A stretch of 63,276 bases of DNA, counting the filler, from Octopus bimaculoides (lineage: Eukaryota), in the NCBI RefSeq assembly GCF_001194135.2. It is 5 parts of 5 records of this genome, joined end to end, with 100 filler letters (N's around TTAATTAATTAA, not from the genome) between each part and the next. Parts side by side here need not be neighbours in the genome. Positions count along the whole stretch, not along the records: positions 1 to 20,343 come from NC_068996.1; positions 20,444 to 42,473 come from NC_068995.1; 3 more parts are not named here. One strand, 5' to 3'. Below are positions 13,120-25,025 of this stretch, in pieces. A program made the translations under genes and the position numbers. A model generated the notes under the pieces. The model ran no database searches and was not told where the DNA came from. It saw only the letters and a list, made by a program, of their open reading frames with translations. Positions within the stretch are counted from its first letter, which is position 1, and each line of letters starts with the position of its first letter.

Positions 13120-13490
13120 CATTGTTCACATAAAACTATGGAATGTTACTGTCGTCACTTCCGGTTTCTAAAGCAATTTACTTCAACTTTTTTAGGACCA
13201 TTTACTTTCACCTTTTTATGATGGTAAACTGCATGTTAACTTCAGTGGCTTGCATGTCGACATATGATAGCTACCTCAGTGAGTAACCAATAATCCTACA
13301 CCACTACTGAACTACACAAAATGAACCGACAGGAAGCGATTGTCTTTCTTGTTCCTATCCATTCACGTTTCATACATTAGTTGGGTTACATTACATTGTT
13401 TACATGAAATTATCGGATTTCAATGTCGTCACTTCCGGTCAATTTGCTTTATTATTTTTTCAAACTTTTAAATTACGTGTTAACCGAACT
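13120..13490. mobile_element. Two tandem right-end pieces of the same MITE family
   Basis: gtcgtcacttccggt...tttactttca occurs twice; 13240-13480 aligns with 3795-4040. Confidence 0.65.
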
Positions 13491-14237
13491 CAGAAATGTT
13501 TAATAACAAGCTAAAAGGTTTCGATCCATATTCCTACGATAAACCCCATGAATTTCAAGCTTCTTATCGTAATTTTTCTCCTCATTCAATCTTTATCTGT
13601 TTACACACTTCAGACATTTTATTGACTTGTTTGTGTTTATGTAAACGCATTCTGTTCAATATCTGCACATGAGATCGATATTCCTACTGATATTTAATAT
13701 CCCTGTTACATATCAATAAATTACTATTATCATCGTTGTCTCTGGAAAACGTTGACATAATTAAGAAGTCGATTCAATATTTTGCCCTTAATATTAACAA
13801 AAGTAACTTCTCTTTCGCATTTGCTGCTTATTTTGTGTATTTATAATGAAAGACCACTAAAATGATTAGTAACTAGGTAAAAACACCCCTGCAACAAAAT
13901 TACAGAATTTACCCATTTGTAAAGATAAAACAAGTCACATTTCGTTTGTTTTGTGGGAGGTAAAATATATTAAAAAAATATTTTTCAACGATATTTTAGT
14001 AAATATTCGGGTACATAATACATCATCAGGACGGGTTTACATTTGTTGTCTTTTTTATCTCTAAGCTGAAAAAAAAAAAAAAAACCCCAGAAAGAAAGAA
14101 AAAACGAAACAGACAATGACTTAATGAACAAAATATATATAACAAAGAATTTTCCAATTAGAATAATTTTGAGAATAACAAAAGGATTTCCAAACAAAAT
14201 TGAATTAAGCTACACATAACACTAATTCCTTCCTTCC

Positions 14238-14275
<38 letters not shown>

Positions 14276-14534
14276 GTTATTTACTGAAAGTTAATAAGAA
14301 CTAATGGAGAAAAATACATTGAACAAAACAAACGTTATGTTAATTATATAGTTGTTTTAGTTTGGGGTTTTTGTTTGTGTTAGCCAATTATTGGCAGCAC
14401 ACGCAGACATATACATTTAACGTTCCAAATTAAAGATATGGATGGTTACCTTCCATAATAGCAATAAAGATCATGGTTTCTGGCAATAATATATTTGTAC
14501 ACAATTGTAATCTCAGCCATCATTATTGCTATTT

Positions 14535-16030
14535 AATGATTGGCCTGTATGCAGGAGCTGGATCGATGCAATGCACAGCGACATTTGTTCAGTGGTCAGA
14601 GTGAAGGGTCACCTCTCAGAGCTGTTCAATATCATGCGCTCAGTCCGGCAAGGTTTCCCTCTCTCATCTTTCTAGGATGTACTGACTCTCAAGTCACTAC
14701 TACACTAACTGGAAGCATTGAGAGGCATCCTACGTGATCTATGATGTGGGAGATGTGTGTCGGCATATACTGACGTCACCATAGTAGTGATGGATTATAA
14801 ATACATAGAAATGATTGGCAATGCTCTCAGGAACTATGAGGTGGTTTCAGGAAAAATCAGTGGGCTTGCAGCTCGGCACCTGGAGAAGTAAGTCCATGCC
14901 ACCCAACTGCGAAATTTGGTGCTGGATGGACAGACTGGTTAAATTGCTTGGGGTCTGGTTTGGACCTCCAGATAGACAAAAACTGGAACGAGGTAAAGAG
15001 TAGGGGGACTACTCTCACCCAGAAATAGGTTGAGAGAAAGCTATCCCGGAAAGGTCGGGCAGAGGTGGCTAATGCATGTATCATGTCCGTCATCTAGTAT
15101 CGTTTGATTGTCGTGCCTTGTCCTGGCCACTGTCTGATTACACTGGAGCATATACACTTCCACTTGTGGAAGGGACGCATCCCGATGGTCAGCACCCACA
15201 GCGTGGTTGATGATGTGCAGACATGCACTGAGGCTGTGACATCTTCAGTGCTTCCTTGATAGTGAACAGGTGTGGCCACCGTTTGCTAGACACACATTTC
15301 CCCTGCTAGTTTTTTTTAACAGAGCTGCAGTCCTGGGTAAAACAGAAACCGAGAGGGAACATTTGGAAAGTGAAATGTCTTCAAATGCTCACAGCTCTCA
15401 TCCAATCAGACACTGCGATGGGTGGAACGTCCACTTTAGCTTTTTATAGAAGATTAGTGGAGGAAAAGTGCAAAGACGTTTTGGGGGAGATCTTAGGCGT
15501 TGAAGAAGATCAACTAGCCGCTCTTTTCCGGAGAGCTTTCGGCCCAGGACCGATGGATAATTTCCAAAAATCTCTCACCTGGCAGTGCTACTGGGGAGTT
15601 TTGCCTATTCGAGATTCAGGCAAGGAAGTGCTGTCAGTTGAGCATGTCTAACTTATGGGTTTATATCGAATACCTGCTGTCGCATGTGCGACGGGTCCGT
15701 CTGTCAACTGAATCCGCCTTCCTTTAACTGAGAAGGAAAAGGTGTGTTTATATGCCCGGTGGCCATGGCGAAAGAGGTTGTAAGGTGGTGAATGAGATTG
15801 AAGGGGCTGAAGACAAACACTTTTCTCTTTGGCCAATCCCTGAAGAACTTCTTCAAGTTTCACTTGAAAAGTGAAAATAAGGGTAGAGAAGGAAGTATTA
15901 TGTCTTTTAGCCAATTTGCTGGAAGATGGATGAAAGTGGCAAGAATGGTGCGAATGAACCATTCTTTGTTTTGTCTTCTACTGTCCATAATGTTTTTCCT
16001 TATGTAAACCCTTGTTAATAAAGAAATCAT
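14535..16030 (+). pseudogene. 5'-truncated L1/Tx1-clade LINE ORF2 (RT and C-terminal region)
   Basis: VRVKGHLSELFNIMRSVRQGFPLS, decayed AYTD(D)VT, EKSVGLQLGTW, VKLLGVWFG and MDNFQKSLTWQCY; many stops and frameshifts; AATAAA near 16016. Confidence 0.88.
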
Positions 16031-16174
16031 TATTACCACCACCACCACCATTGTCATCATCAGTAACAACATGCCCACATATGTATGCATGTGCGCACAC
16101 ACGTATGCACGAGCATGTATCGGACGAAAAATGAAGTCATATTTTTGTATTTATTAAGTTTATATATATATATA

Positions 16175-16545
16175 TCATCATCATCATCATCATCGTTTAA
16201 AAGTTCACTTTCCATGCTGACATGGGTTGGACGGTTCAACTGAAAAGTGGTAAGCCAGGGGGCTGCACCAGGTTCCAATCTGATTTGGTAAGGTTTCTAT
16301 GGCTGGATGCCCTTCCTAACGTCAACCACTCCAAGAGTGTAGTGGGTGATTTTTCAATGCCACCAGCACAGGTGCCATTGACCTGACACTGGCATTGACC
16401 ATGACTACAGTCTCACTTGGCTTGACAGGTCAACATAAGCATGGTATATTGCCAAGGGTCTTGGTCATCTGTCACTGCCCCCATGAGGCCCAACACTCAA
16501 ATGGTGCTTTTTATGTGCCATCTGCATGGGTGCCAGTCAGACGGA
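16175..16545 (-). mobile_element. RTE LINE 3' UTR with (GAT)n tail
   Basis: catcatcatcgtttaa...ctttccatgct...gggttggacg motif shared with 35660-36320 and 26768-27110. Confidence 0.85.
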
Positions 16546-16714
16546 CACACACACACACAATGAGATTCTTACAGTTTCCATCTACCAAATCCACCCACAA
16601 GGCTTTGATCAGCCTGAGTCCAGAGAAGACACTTGTATGCCAGCATGGAAAGCGGATGTTAAACAATGATGATGATATATATATGTATTTATGTGCGTGT
16701 GTCTGTGTTTGTTA

Positions 16715-16910
16715 CTCCATCACAATTTGACAACTGGTGTTGGTTTGTTTATGTCTCCATAACTTAGTGGTTTGGCAAAAGAGACCGATAGAATAAGCAC
16801 TAAGTTCTATAAAATAACTCCTGGGGTTGATTTGTTTGACTAAAACTCTTCAAGGCAGTACTCCAGCATGGCCACCGCCAAATGACTGAAACAAGAGGAT
16901 AAAAGAAATA
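16715..16910 (+). mobile_element. SINE family A, 3' half
   Basis: ttgacaactggtgttggt...aaaagagaccgatagaataag...ccagcatggcc...gactgaaacaag. Confidence 0.88.
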
Positions 16911-17291
16911 TAAGAACATGTGTGTGTGTTTCCAAAAACTTGGGTAAATGTACCCTCATCGTATAATAGCTTGTACATGTATTTGATCAATCAAATAATC
17001 AATCAATCAATCAATTAAAAGATGAACTGGTCATCTTGCACTCATCAAAAATGGTGACTTTTGGTCTCCAATGAGAAAAGTTTGCTGAATGACAGATCCA
17101 CGAGGCTGTGAGTAAAATTTGTTAGGCAACTGTGCAGAAGCCCAGTCTAGATCTATTTGCTCTTTCATTTGTTTCGTTCATTCATTAGACTACAGTCATG
17201 CTGGGGCACTGGCTTGCAGTGTTTAATCATATTCAGTTTAGTACATATTTTAAATCTGGTGCTTACTCAATTTCTTTATATGTGTTTATAT

Positions 17292-17603
17292 GGCACATGG
17301 CTCAGTGGTTAGGGCGTCGAACTTATGATCATGAGGTTGTGAGTTCAAATCTCGGACCAGGCTGCGTGTTGTGTTCTTGAGCAAGACACTATTTCACGTT
17401 GCTCCAGTTCACTCAGCTGTAGAAATGAGTTGCAACATCACTGGCCTTTGCCTTTCCCTTGGATAACATTGATGGCGTGGAGAGGGGAGGCCGGTATGCA
17501 TGGGCGACTACTGGTCTTCCATAAACAACCTTGCCCAGACTTGTGCCTGGGAGGGTAACTTTCTAGGTGCAATCCCATGGTCAGTCATGACCAAACGGGG
17601 TCT
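17292..17603 (+). mobile_element. tRNA-derived SINE family B, full length
   Basis: A box tggctcagtgg and B box gttcaaatctc; collinear with 43984-44316. Confidence 0.92.
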
Positions 17604-17605
17604 CA

Positions 17606-17655
<50 letters not shown>

Positions 17656-17658
17656 AAA

Positions 17659-17980
17659 ACTGGCACTCTGTCATTTATGACGATCAGGGTTCCAGTTGAT
17701 CTATTCAATGGAACAGCTGGCTTGTGAAATTAACGTGCAAGTGGCTGAGTACTTCACAGACACGCATACCTCTAACACAGTTCACTGGAAACTTCAGAGT
17801 GACACAGAATGTGACAAGCTGGCCATTTTGAAATACAGGCACTACTCATTTTTGCTAACAGAGTGAACTGGAGCAATGTGAAATAAAGTGTCTTGTTCAA
17901 GGACACAATGCGTCACCGGGAATTGAACTCATGACCTTATGACCATGAGCTGAATACCCTAACCACTAAACCATGTGCCT
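17659..17980 (-). mobile_element. SINE with family-B-like head and family-C-like body
   Basis: 17860-17980 is the reverse complement of the family B head; 17659-17850 is the reverse complement of the 9790-9950 body. Confidence 0.8.
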
Positions 17981-18039
17981 TCACATATATATATATATAT
18001 ATATACACGCACACACACATACATATATATGTATCAACA

Positions 18040-18264
18040 TCATCATTTAACGTCTGTTGTCCATGTCGGCAAGGGTTGAACGGTTTGATCAGGGTTGGCA
18101 AAGCTGGAAGGCTGCACCAAATTCTAATCTAATTTGGTATGGTTTCTATAGCTGGATGCCCTCCCTAACACTAACCGCTCCATGAGTGTAATGGGTGCTT
18201 TTATGTGCCACCAGCACAGGTGCCAGTTGTGTGATACCAGCATCGGCAACGGCTATGATTTCAC

Positions 18265-18265
<1 letters not shown>
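18040..18265 (-). mobile_element. RTE 3' UTR/tail fragment
   Basis: Same tail motif and ggctgcacc..aatctaatttgg..ctggatgccc block. Confidence 0.82.
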
Positions 18266-18328
<63 letters not shown>

Positions 18329-18338
18329 NNNNNNNNNN

Positions 18339-18379
<41 letters not shown>

Positions 18380-19239
18380 ATATGTATATGTATATATATA
18401 TATGCTGTGTGTATAAATGCATTGACATTACTATGTATATATTCATATATAGATGTACAACTATATTCACACATACGTATATCTATCTATCTATCTATAC
18501 ATACATACTGATACACATAGTACGTATAAAATGTATATGTGTATACATACGCACATAGTGCTGAGCATAAACCATTGAATACATGAACTGAATGTAATTG
18601 TCTATAATTATCTCCTCATTGTTTCACAGACGCTCACCCACTCTGTTTTTCTCTTACCTTCTCCCTCTCTTACATACACCTTACACTCTCCTTAGTAGAT
18701 ATTGTTGATGACACCACCACTACCACCACTGCTGCTACATGTGCAAAACAATTTTTTTGTTGCTGCTGTTAAATGATACCAAGCTATTCTGTTTTTGTGG
18801 TTTTTATTTACATTGTTTTTGTTATTCTAAACAATACTTGAAGCTCCTTTACAGTAAAAACCTCCTATGTCATTAAGTGGAAATATTTCACAGTGATAAA
18901 CTATATTATTCGTCCTTGGATAAACTTTCAAAAATTAAATTTATTAACAGAAACATTTCACATGTACATAATTTGAAGCCTATTTGTCTCATATTTATAT
19001 ATAAGGTGAACATGGGTGTGGGGAAGATTGGAAGACATTTTGTCAAGGGTGCAAGATGGTGTGGGGGCATGGACATAAATGACATGACTTTATGGCCCCA
19101 TTTTTATTTAGCCAGACAGGTCTTCTCAAACACAACAAATCACCAATTGTTTCAGTCCTCTTTGAAGCTCAGCTTCTTTAAAATATTCTTCATCTCTTCA
19201 TCCCATGTCTTCTTGGGTCTTCCTCTTCCACAAGTTCCC

Positions 19240-19640
19240 TCCCCATTTAGAGATCGGAACCTTCCCTCCCACTTCCAATCTCCCCTGTTGAATCTCTTCC
19301 ACACGACATATCCTCAACCCTTACCTTTACTTCTGTACACTCACTACAATCCCTCCCCTCCATCTATCACCCTCCTTACCCAATCTCCTAGTCTTATCCA
19401 CCCACTCACCCTATCCAATCCTTGATCCTAATCCACTTATATACACCTCCCTGCAACATGAATCTACCCCCAATACTGTTACAGCTTCACTGCTTTCTTC
19501 TCCTGAGGTACCCCTGTATCTCCTCTGCTGGCATGACCCTTTATTTATACTCCTGTCTCTCATCACCTGGCACAAAGCCACTTCACTCAATACTACTCCC
19601 CACTCAGTTGAGGGGGAGGGGCCTTGTCTTACGATGATGA
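19240..19640 (+). pseudogene. Possible Penelope (GIY-YIG) remnant
   Basis: PFRDRNL resembles the AFRRDRNL motif upstream of Penelope GIY-YIG domains; the rest is C/T-rich and decayed. Confidence 0.3.
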
Positions 19641-20274
19641 TACAAGCATAAAATTGCCATGGATATATTATTTTGATGTTTATGCATCAATTCTCTTTAT
19701 ACACCCACACATACACATATTGAAGGTAACATTTTTAGTGTATTTCAGTGCTCTCTAAAATAACCACACTTCATTTTAAAGGCTCTAAGGAAGCTAAAAA
19801 CTGATGCACAAGCACTCAGCTCTGAATGCACTGCTCCTTGTAGAAACAGTTGTGAGCTAATGAAGTTGCTTACATAATTCCTGTTCCCTTGACATTCACT
19901 CAGTTCATTCAAGCTCTAACTCAGTATCATAAGGACACTGCATTTGACAGTGACACACTTTGTGTATGTTAAATACTTAGTGCACATTCATGTGTTTGTG
20001 TATGTATGTATAGACACATTTGTCTTCTCTAATTCTATCTTTGTGATGAAGGATGTACAAACGAAACGTCAAGGCATTTTTATTGCTATTTCTCTGGATG
20101 TGAAACTATAACTATAGCTTTCTTTTATTGTATTTTATCTTGCTTTTGTTTTGTCATTTTCCTAAATCAAATTTTATTATCTTTGTGTCTCTCCCCCCAC
20201 CACTACTCCATCCTGCCTCTCATAAATACATATTCACAGCATGACCATGGCTACTGGCTTGAATGTAATAGAGA

Positions 20275-20305
<31 letters not shown>

Positions 20306-20387
20306 TATATGTGTGTGTGTGTATGTATGTATATATATATATANNNNNNNNNNNNNNNNNNNNNNNNNNNNNNNNNNNNNNNNNNNN

Positions 20388-20399
20388 TTAATTAATTAA
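20388..20399. other. Assembly spacer TTAATTAATTAA between N runs (also 42518-42529, 59563-59574, 61070-61081)
   Basis: Identical 12-mer centred in about 100-nt N blocks four times; contains stops in all six frames. Confidence 0.93.
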
Positions 20400-20552
20400 N
20401 NNNNNNNNNNNNNNNNNNNNNNNNNNNNNNNNNNNNNNNNNNNTGTCAATTCACCACCCTAGGTTGGTAGGGTTTTTTTTTTTCCTTTACAGTCTTAAAA
20501 GAACAAAAGACAGTTAACTTGGGGTTGGTTGAGTCGAACTCAAGGCAGACAA

Positions 20553-20716
20553 CCAATGCTGGTGTGTTTACGTCCCCGTAACTTAGCGGTTAGAGAAAAG
20601 AGACCAATAGAATAAGCACTAGGCTTACAAGGAATAAGTCCCGGGGTTGATTTGCTCGACTAAAGGCGGTGCTCCAGCATGGTCACAGTCAAATGACTGA
20701 AACAAGTAAAAGAGTA
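20553..20716 (+). mobile_element. SINE family A, 3' half
   Basis: gctggtgtgtttacgtccccgtaacttagcggtt...gactgaaacaagtaaaagag. Confidence 0.9.
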
Positions 20717-20967
20717 TAGATAAGCCACCACAATCCCAATTCAAACAAGGCCTGGAGTTGTGGTAGCACAAATTTCCTGTTTGGCAAAAGCTGGTAATCA
20801 GTAGCTTATCTCTATTGGCTTTTCTCTATTATCTCTACCAATGTTGTATTACTGTTATTGTTAATTCTAAGTTAGATTGAATTTAAATGCCATAGTCTTG
20901 CCTTGACTTGTTTTCCTCACTACTTTAACATATATAAGTATATATGTATACATAAATATATACACAC

Positions 20968-21250
20968 AGTGATGGCTTAGTGGTTAAGGTGTTGCACTCA
21001 TGATTGCAAGATCGTGGGTTCAATTCCTAGACAAAGCCTTGTGTTGTGTTTTTGAGCAAAGAAGTTCAGTTCACATTGCTCTGCAATCATTTCAAAATCT
21101 GACATGTGCCAATTGTTGCACCTGTACAGGTAATGTTAATCTGATGGAGGGAGTGAGATTATGTCTACACAAACATTTGATCACTATAAACAGATCATCT
21201 GTGTGGTTGTTCAATACGAAATTGTCAAACCGTCAAATGACGTCTAACGA
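20968..21250 (+). mobile_element. tRNA-derived SINE family D
   Basis: A box tggcttagtgg, B box ggttcaattcct, ttgagcaa..agttcacattgctc core and a distinct body. Confidence 0.7.
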
Positions 21251-21349
21251 CGGGTGAATCCATCGTATACAAGCACACACATATATATATATATATATAC
21301 ATACATGCATATATATATATATATGTGTGTGTGTGTACATATATATGCC

Positions 21350-21580
21350 ACCACAAACTGGACAAAGTTCAGGGAGCTCCTACCCCTGCTGGCAACTAAG
21401 GGTTTCTCACTCAAGATTAAAGGTAGACTGTATGATGCATGTAAGCGAACTGCCATGCTACACAGCAGTGAAACATGGGCCATGACTACTGAGGACATGC
21501 ATAGGCTTGAAAGAAATGAAGCTAGTATGATTTGCTGGATGGGTAATGTCAGTATGCATACATGACAGAGTGTGAGCCCC
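21350..21580 (+). pseudogene. RTE ORF2 fragment
   Basis: WTKFRELLPLLATKGFSLKIKGRLYDACKRTAMLHSSETWAMTTEDMHRLERNEAS; same family as 60310-60490. Confidence 0.92.
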
Positions 21581-21954
21581 CTGATGAAGGGACCCCATAT
21601 AATATCAAGTAGAAGATCTTAGAGTGATCAGAACCTTACATCAACTGGAGTATATGCTGCAAGTTTTGTATAGCTGAGCAAGCAAGGATATTCAAAGACT
21701 CTCAGAAACTTGGGTCACTGAATACTCACCAAGATATTTTTTATCCCTGAATCAATTTCAAGTGTTACCTGCTGCAAGCATGGGATTCCCTGTTCTCTGA
21801 CTAAGCCCAGAAGGGTCCTTACGATCTTTGAACTTTTGTGGGTGAAAGCTAGTTGAATACAGCTATTAGTATTAGTTGGATACTAGCATGAGTTTGATAG
21901 CTTGATGGAATCCAACAAGCCAGGGGTCAGCATCAAGGTCTATTGCCTGCTTTG

Positions 21955-22490
21955 GCATGGTTTCTATGGCAGGATGCCTATCTTAATGCAAATCACTTTA
22001 CGGGATACTTTTTGTAAATCACCATCATCACTTAAAATCCATTTTCCATACTGGCATGGGTTGGCCAGTTTGACATGAAGCTGACCAGCCAGGGAGCTGT
22101 CCAAGCTCCAATTGTCTGTTGTGGCATGGTTTCTACAGCTGAATGTCCTTCTTAAAGCCAACCACCTAACAAAGTATGCTGGGTGCCACTGGTATAGCTG
22201 TATTTACGCAGCACCGATACAAGTGCATTTTATGTTGCATCAGCACCTGTAAAGGACAAGCTTGTATGTATGGATGATGGCAGTTTTACTTACCTTCACC
22301 TAATATCTTTTCAAATACAACATTTTGCCACAACTCCCAATCTCTTGTCATTTCCTCAATGAGGCCCAGTATCCAAAGATCCTTTCTTACCACTTCATCC
22401 CAGATCTTCTTGGGTCTACCCCTTCCACAGGTTCCCTCCACAATTAGAACGCATCACTTCTTTATGCAGCTGTCCTCATCTATACACATA
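21955..22490 (-). mobile_element. RTE 3' end (C-terminal ORF2 remnant plus 3' UTR), decayed
   Basis: ccacttcatcccagatcttcttgggtctaccccttccacagg matches 60095-60135; tail motif near 22025-22070. Confidence 0.75.
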
Positions 22491-22717
22491 ACAGATAATC
22501 TTAAGGAACAACAAAACAATTGAAAAAGATTCCCAAAATAAGTCTAAGAACAACCATGCATAACTATAAGTTAACCCTCAAACATTAAAAACAAATAACT
22601 TCTAGTTATTACCATCTGATTGAAGGAATTGAACCCAGTCTAACAGGTTAACAAATCACTTAACAGATTGTAAGTTATTCTTTCAGTAACCAATAACAAT
22701 GAAATATTGTTATTTAA

Positions 22718-23138
22718 TTCTTTAGCATTCAGATTATCTTGTCAAATGTAATAGTCATTTCTTCACATTGTCTTGAATTAATCATGCACTGCCTTGCTGC
22801 TCTGAGATCTTGATGATGTGATTGTTTAGAATAACACTGTAGCATAGGTGTGAGAGGCCAGATCTAACTGACTTAAACATAAAACAAGTGGAATGTTATG
22901 ACTAGTTTAAATGCTACAGGGTTAAACTGACCATACCAGGCCCAAATATTTTACCTGTCTTATGCCCAATCTGGCTATATCTGGCCTCTCACACCTACCC
23001 TACAATAGCATTCTAATAATAAACAAACAATCATATCATTGAAATCTCAAAGCTATAAGGTAATGCATGATTGATTCAAAATAATGTAAGTAAATAAACA
23101 TTAAATTTGATAGAGTAACCTGAATGCTAGAGGGTTAA
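22718..23138. mobile_element. Two head-to-head copies of a ~210-bp TTAA-ended MITE (piggyBac-type ends ccctttagcatt...aatgctaaaggg)
   Basis: 22718-22926 is the reverse complement of 22927-23138; further partial copies at about 25211-25400, 48062-48255 and 55795-55884. Confidence 0.82.
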
Positions 23139-23427
23139 TTACCTTGATCAAAGAAGGCATGAAATTGATGGGGGAAGTGGTAGTGACATGGGTGGGGATT
23201 ATAGAGTTCAGAGAAACAGTGACAATTGTAGTAGCAAAGGAAAGAACAGAAACAGGATATTTTGGGGGTGAGTCAAAAGCTAGAGAAGGTTAATAGAAGA
23301 AGACTTCCTTAGCAAAGAAAAGGTCAAAGTTTTTTTTGTGGTTGGGGTTAAGTAAATGTCTTAAGCAATATGAGTGTAGAAGGTGTGTTCCAATACAGAT
23401 ACATACGTGTGTGTGTGTGTGTGTATA

Positions 23428-24140
23428 ATTGGGCCATCCCATAAATAATGTAGTTTTTTCAGTTGCATGAACTAAAAGTCAGAGGGGGACAGGATAAACT
23501 ACCTGCATCAACTTGCTATAAAAGCATGTAGTAATTTTACCTTGAACTTATTCTTAATGCAAATTGTGAAAAGTGCAGTTCGATTTTAACAGTTATTTTT
23601 TCAAAGCTATAATGGAAGTGACAAAGGAGCATATTTGGCATATTTTGTTTTATGAGTTCAATAAAGGCAACAATGCAACGGAAAGTGTGAGGAATATTAA
23701 TGCAGTATATGGGGATCAGACAATAGGCTTAAGCCAGTGTCAATAGAGGTTCTAGAAATTCTGAGCCGGAAACTACAGCCTAGAAGACGAGTCTCGTCTT
23801 GGAAGATCTGTAGAGCTCAACAAAGACGTTTTGCAAACACTGGTGGAACAAAATCCCATCGTAACTGTTGAGGAATCAGCAGAGAAGCTTGGATTTGGTC
23901 ATTCAACCATTCATCAACACCTGCATGCCATTGGAAAAGTCAGCAAATTGAATCAATGGGTTCCTCACAAACTTTCCGAGTCTAATCACGTGCAGAGAGT
24001 TAATGTGTGCTCTTCTTTGCTGTCACATCTCATGAATGAACCTTTTTTGGACCAAATAGTGACTGGTGACGAGAAATGTACTTTCTATAAAAATGTCAAG
24101 CACCAAAGACAGTGGGTAGGGAAAGGAGAAACACCGGATA
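23428..24140 (+). mobile_element. 3'-truncated mariner transposon
   Basis: Left TIR-like (a)ttgggccatcccataaataatg after TA; transposase pseudogene inside. Confidence 0.9.
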
Positions 24141-24148
24141 TTAAATGA
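23612..24148 (+). pseudogene. Mariner transposase N-terminal half with in-frame stops
   Basis: MEVTKEHIWHILFYEFNKGNNA...WVPHKLS...IVTGDEK (WVPHEL motif and first catalytic D). Confidence 0.93.
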
Positions 24149-24173
24149 TGATGATGATGATGTATATATATAT

Positions 24174-24575
24174 AGGCGCAGGAGTGGCTCTGTGGTAAGT
24201 AGCTTGTTTACCAACCACATGGTTCCGGGTTCAGTCCCACTGTGTGGCATCTTGAGCAAGTGTCTTCTACTATAGCCTCGGGCTGACCAAAGCCTTCTGA
24301 GGGGATTTGGCAGACGGAAACTGAAAGAAGCCCGTCGTATATATGTATATATATATATATGTGTGTGTGTGTCTGTGTTTCTTCCCCTAGCATTGCTTGA
24401 CAACCGATGCTGGTGTGTTTATGTCCCTGTCACTTAGCGGTTCAGCAAAAGAGACCGATAGAATAAGTACTAGGCTTACAAAGAATAAGTCCTAGGGTCG
24501 ATTTGCTCGACTAAAGGTGGTGCTCCAGCATGGCCGCAGTCAAATGACTGAAACAAATAAAAGAGAGAAAAAGAG
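24174..24575 (+). mobile_element. SINE family A, full length
   Basis: Complete head, core, microsatellite and tail. Confidence 0.95.
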
Positions 24576-24804
24576 TATATATATACATACACACACACCT
24601 ACATACAAGCATATATTTGAATTTAAAGTCAAATAAAAGTTATTAGTCAGACATACAAGCTTCTTCACAGTTTTTCATCTACCAAATTTTACTCACAAGT
24701 TATTGATCAACCTGAAGCTATTATGGCTGAAGACACATAAATGCCCACAGTGCCTTGCAGTGTTTTGAACCTGAAACTACATACTTACATAATAATCTAG
24801 TTAA

Positions 24805-25025
24805 CCCTTTCGTTACTGTATTTATTTTGAGATGCTCTGTGTTTCTTTTAATTATTTTAAATATAACAAAGAATTTAGTAAAATAACTTAGTTATCATTT
24901 AGCTAATGTTAGGAACCTAAATTTTGACTAAAGTTTGGTGGAAGATTTTAATTCAAAACTTATGAAAACTAGACATTTGTACTACAGAGCCAGAGCCGGT
25001 TTCATCCGGGTTAGTAACGAAAGGG
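24805..25025. mobile_element. 221-bp piggyBac-type MITE
   Basis: Perfect 13-bp TIR CCCTTTCGTTACT / AGTAACGAAAGGG flanked by TTAA (24801-24804 and 25026-25029). Confidence 0.92.

Noticed and set aside
17292-17365. tRNA gene (also 9621, 20968, 43984)
   Set aside because: A/B boxes continue into multi-copy SINE bodies, with no proper acceptor stem.
18877-19425. 182-aa ORF
   Set aside because: Chance fusion of AT-rich DNA, an antisense RTE piece and a C/T-rich remnant.
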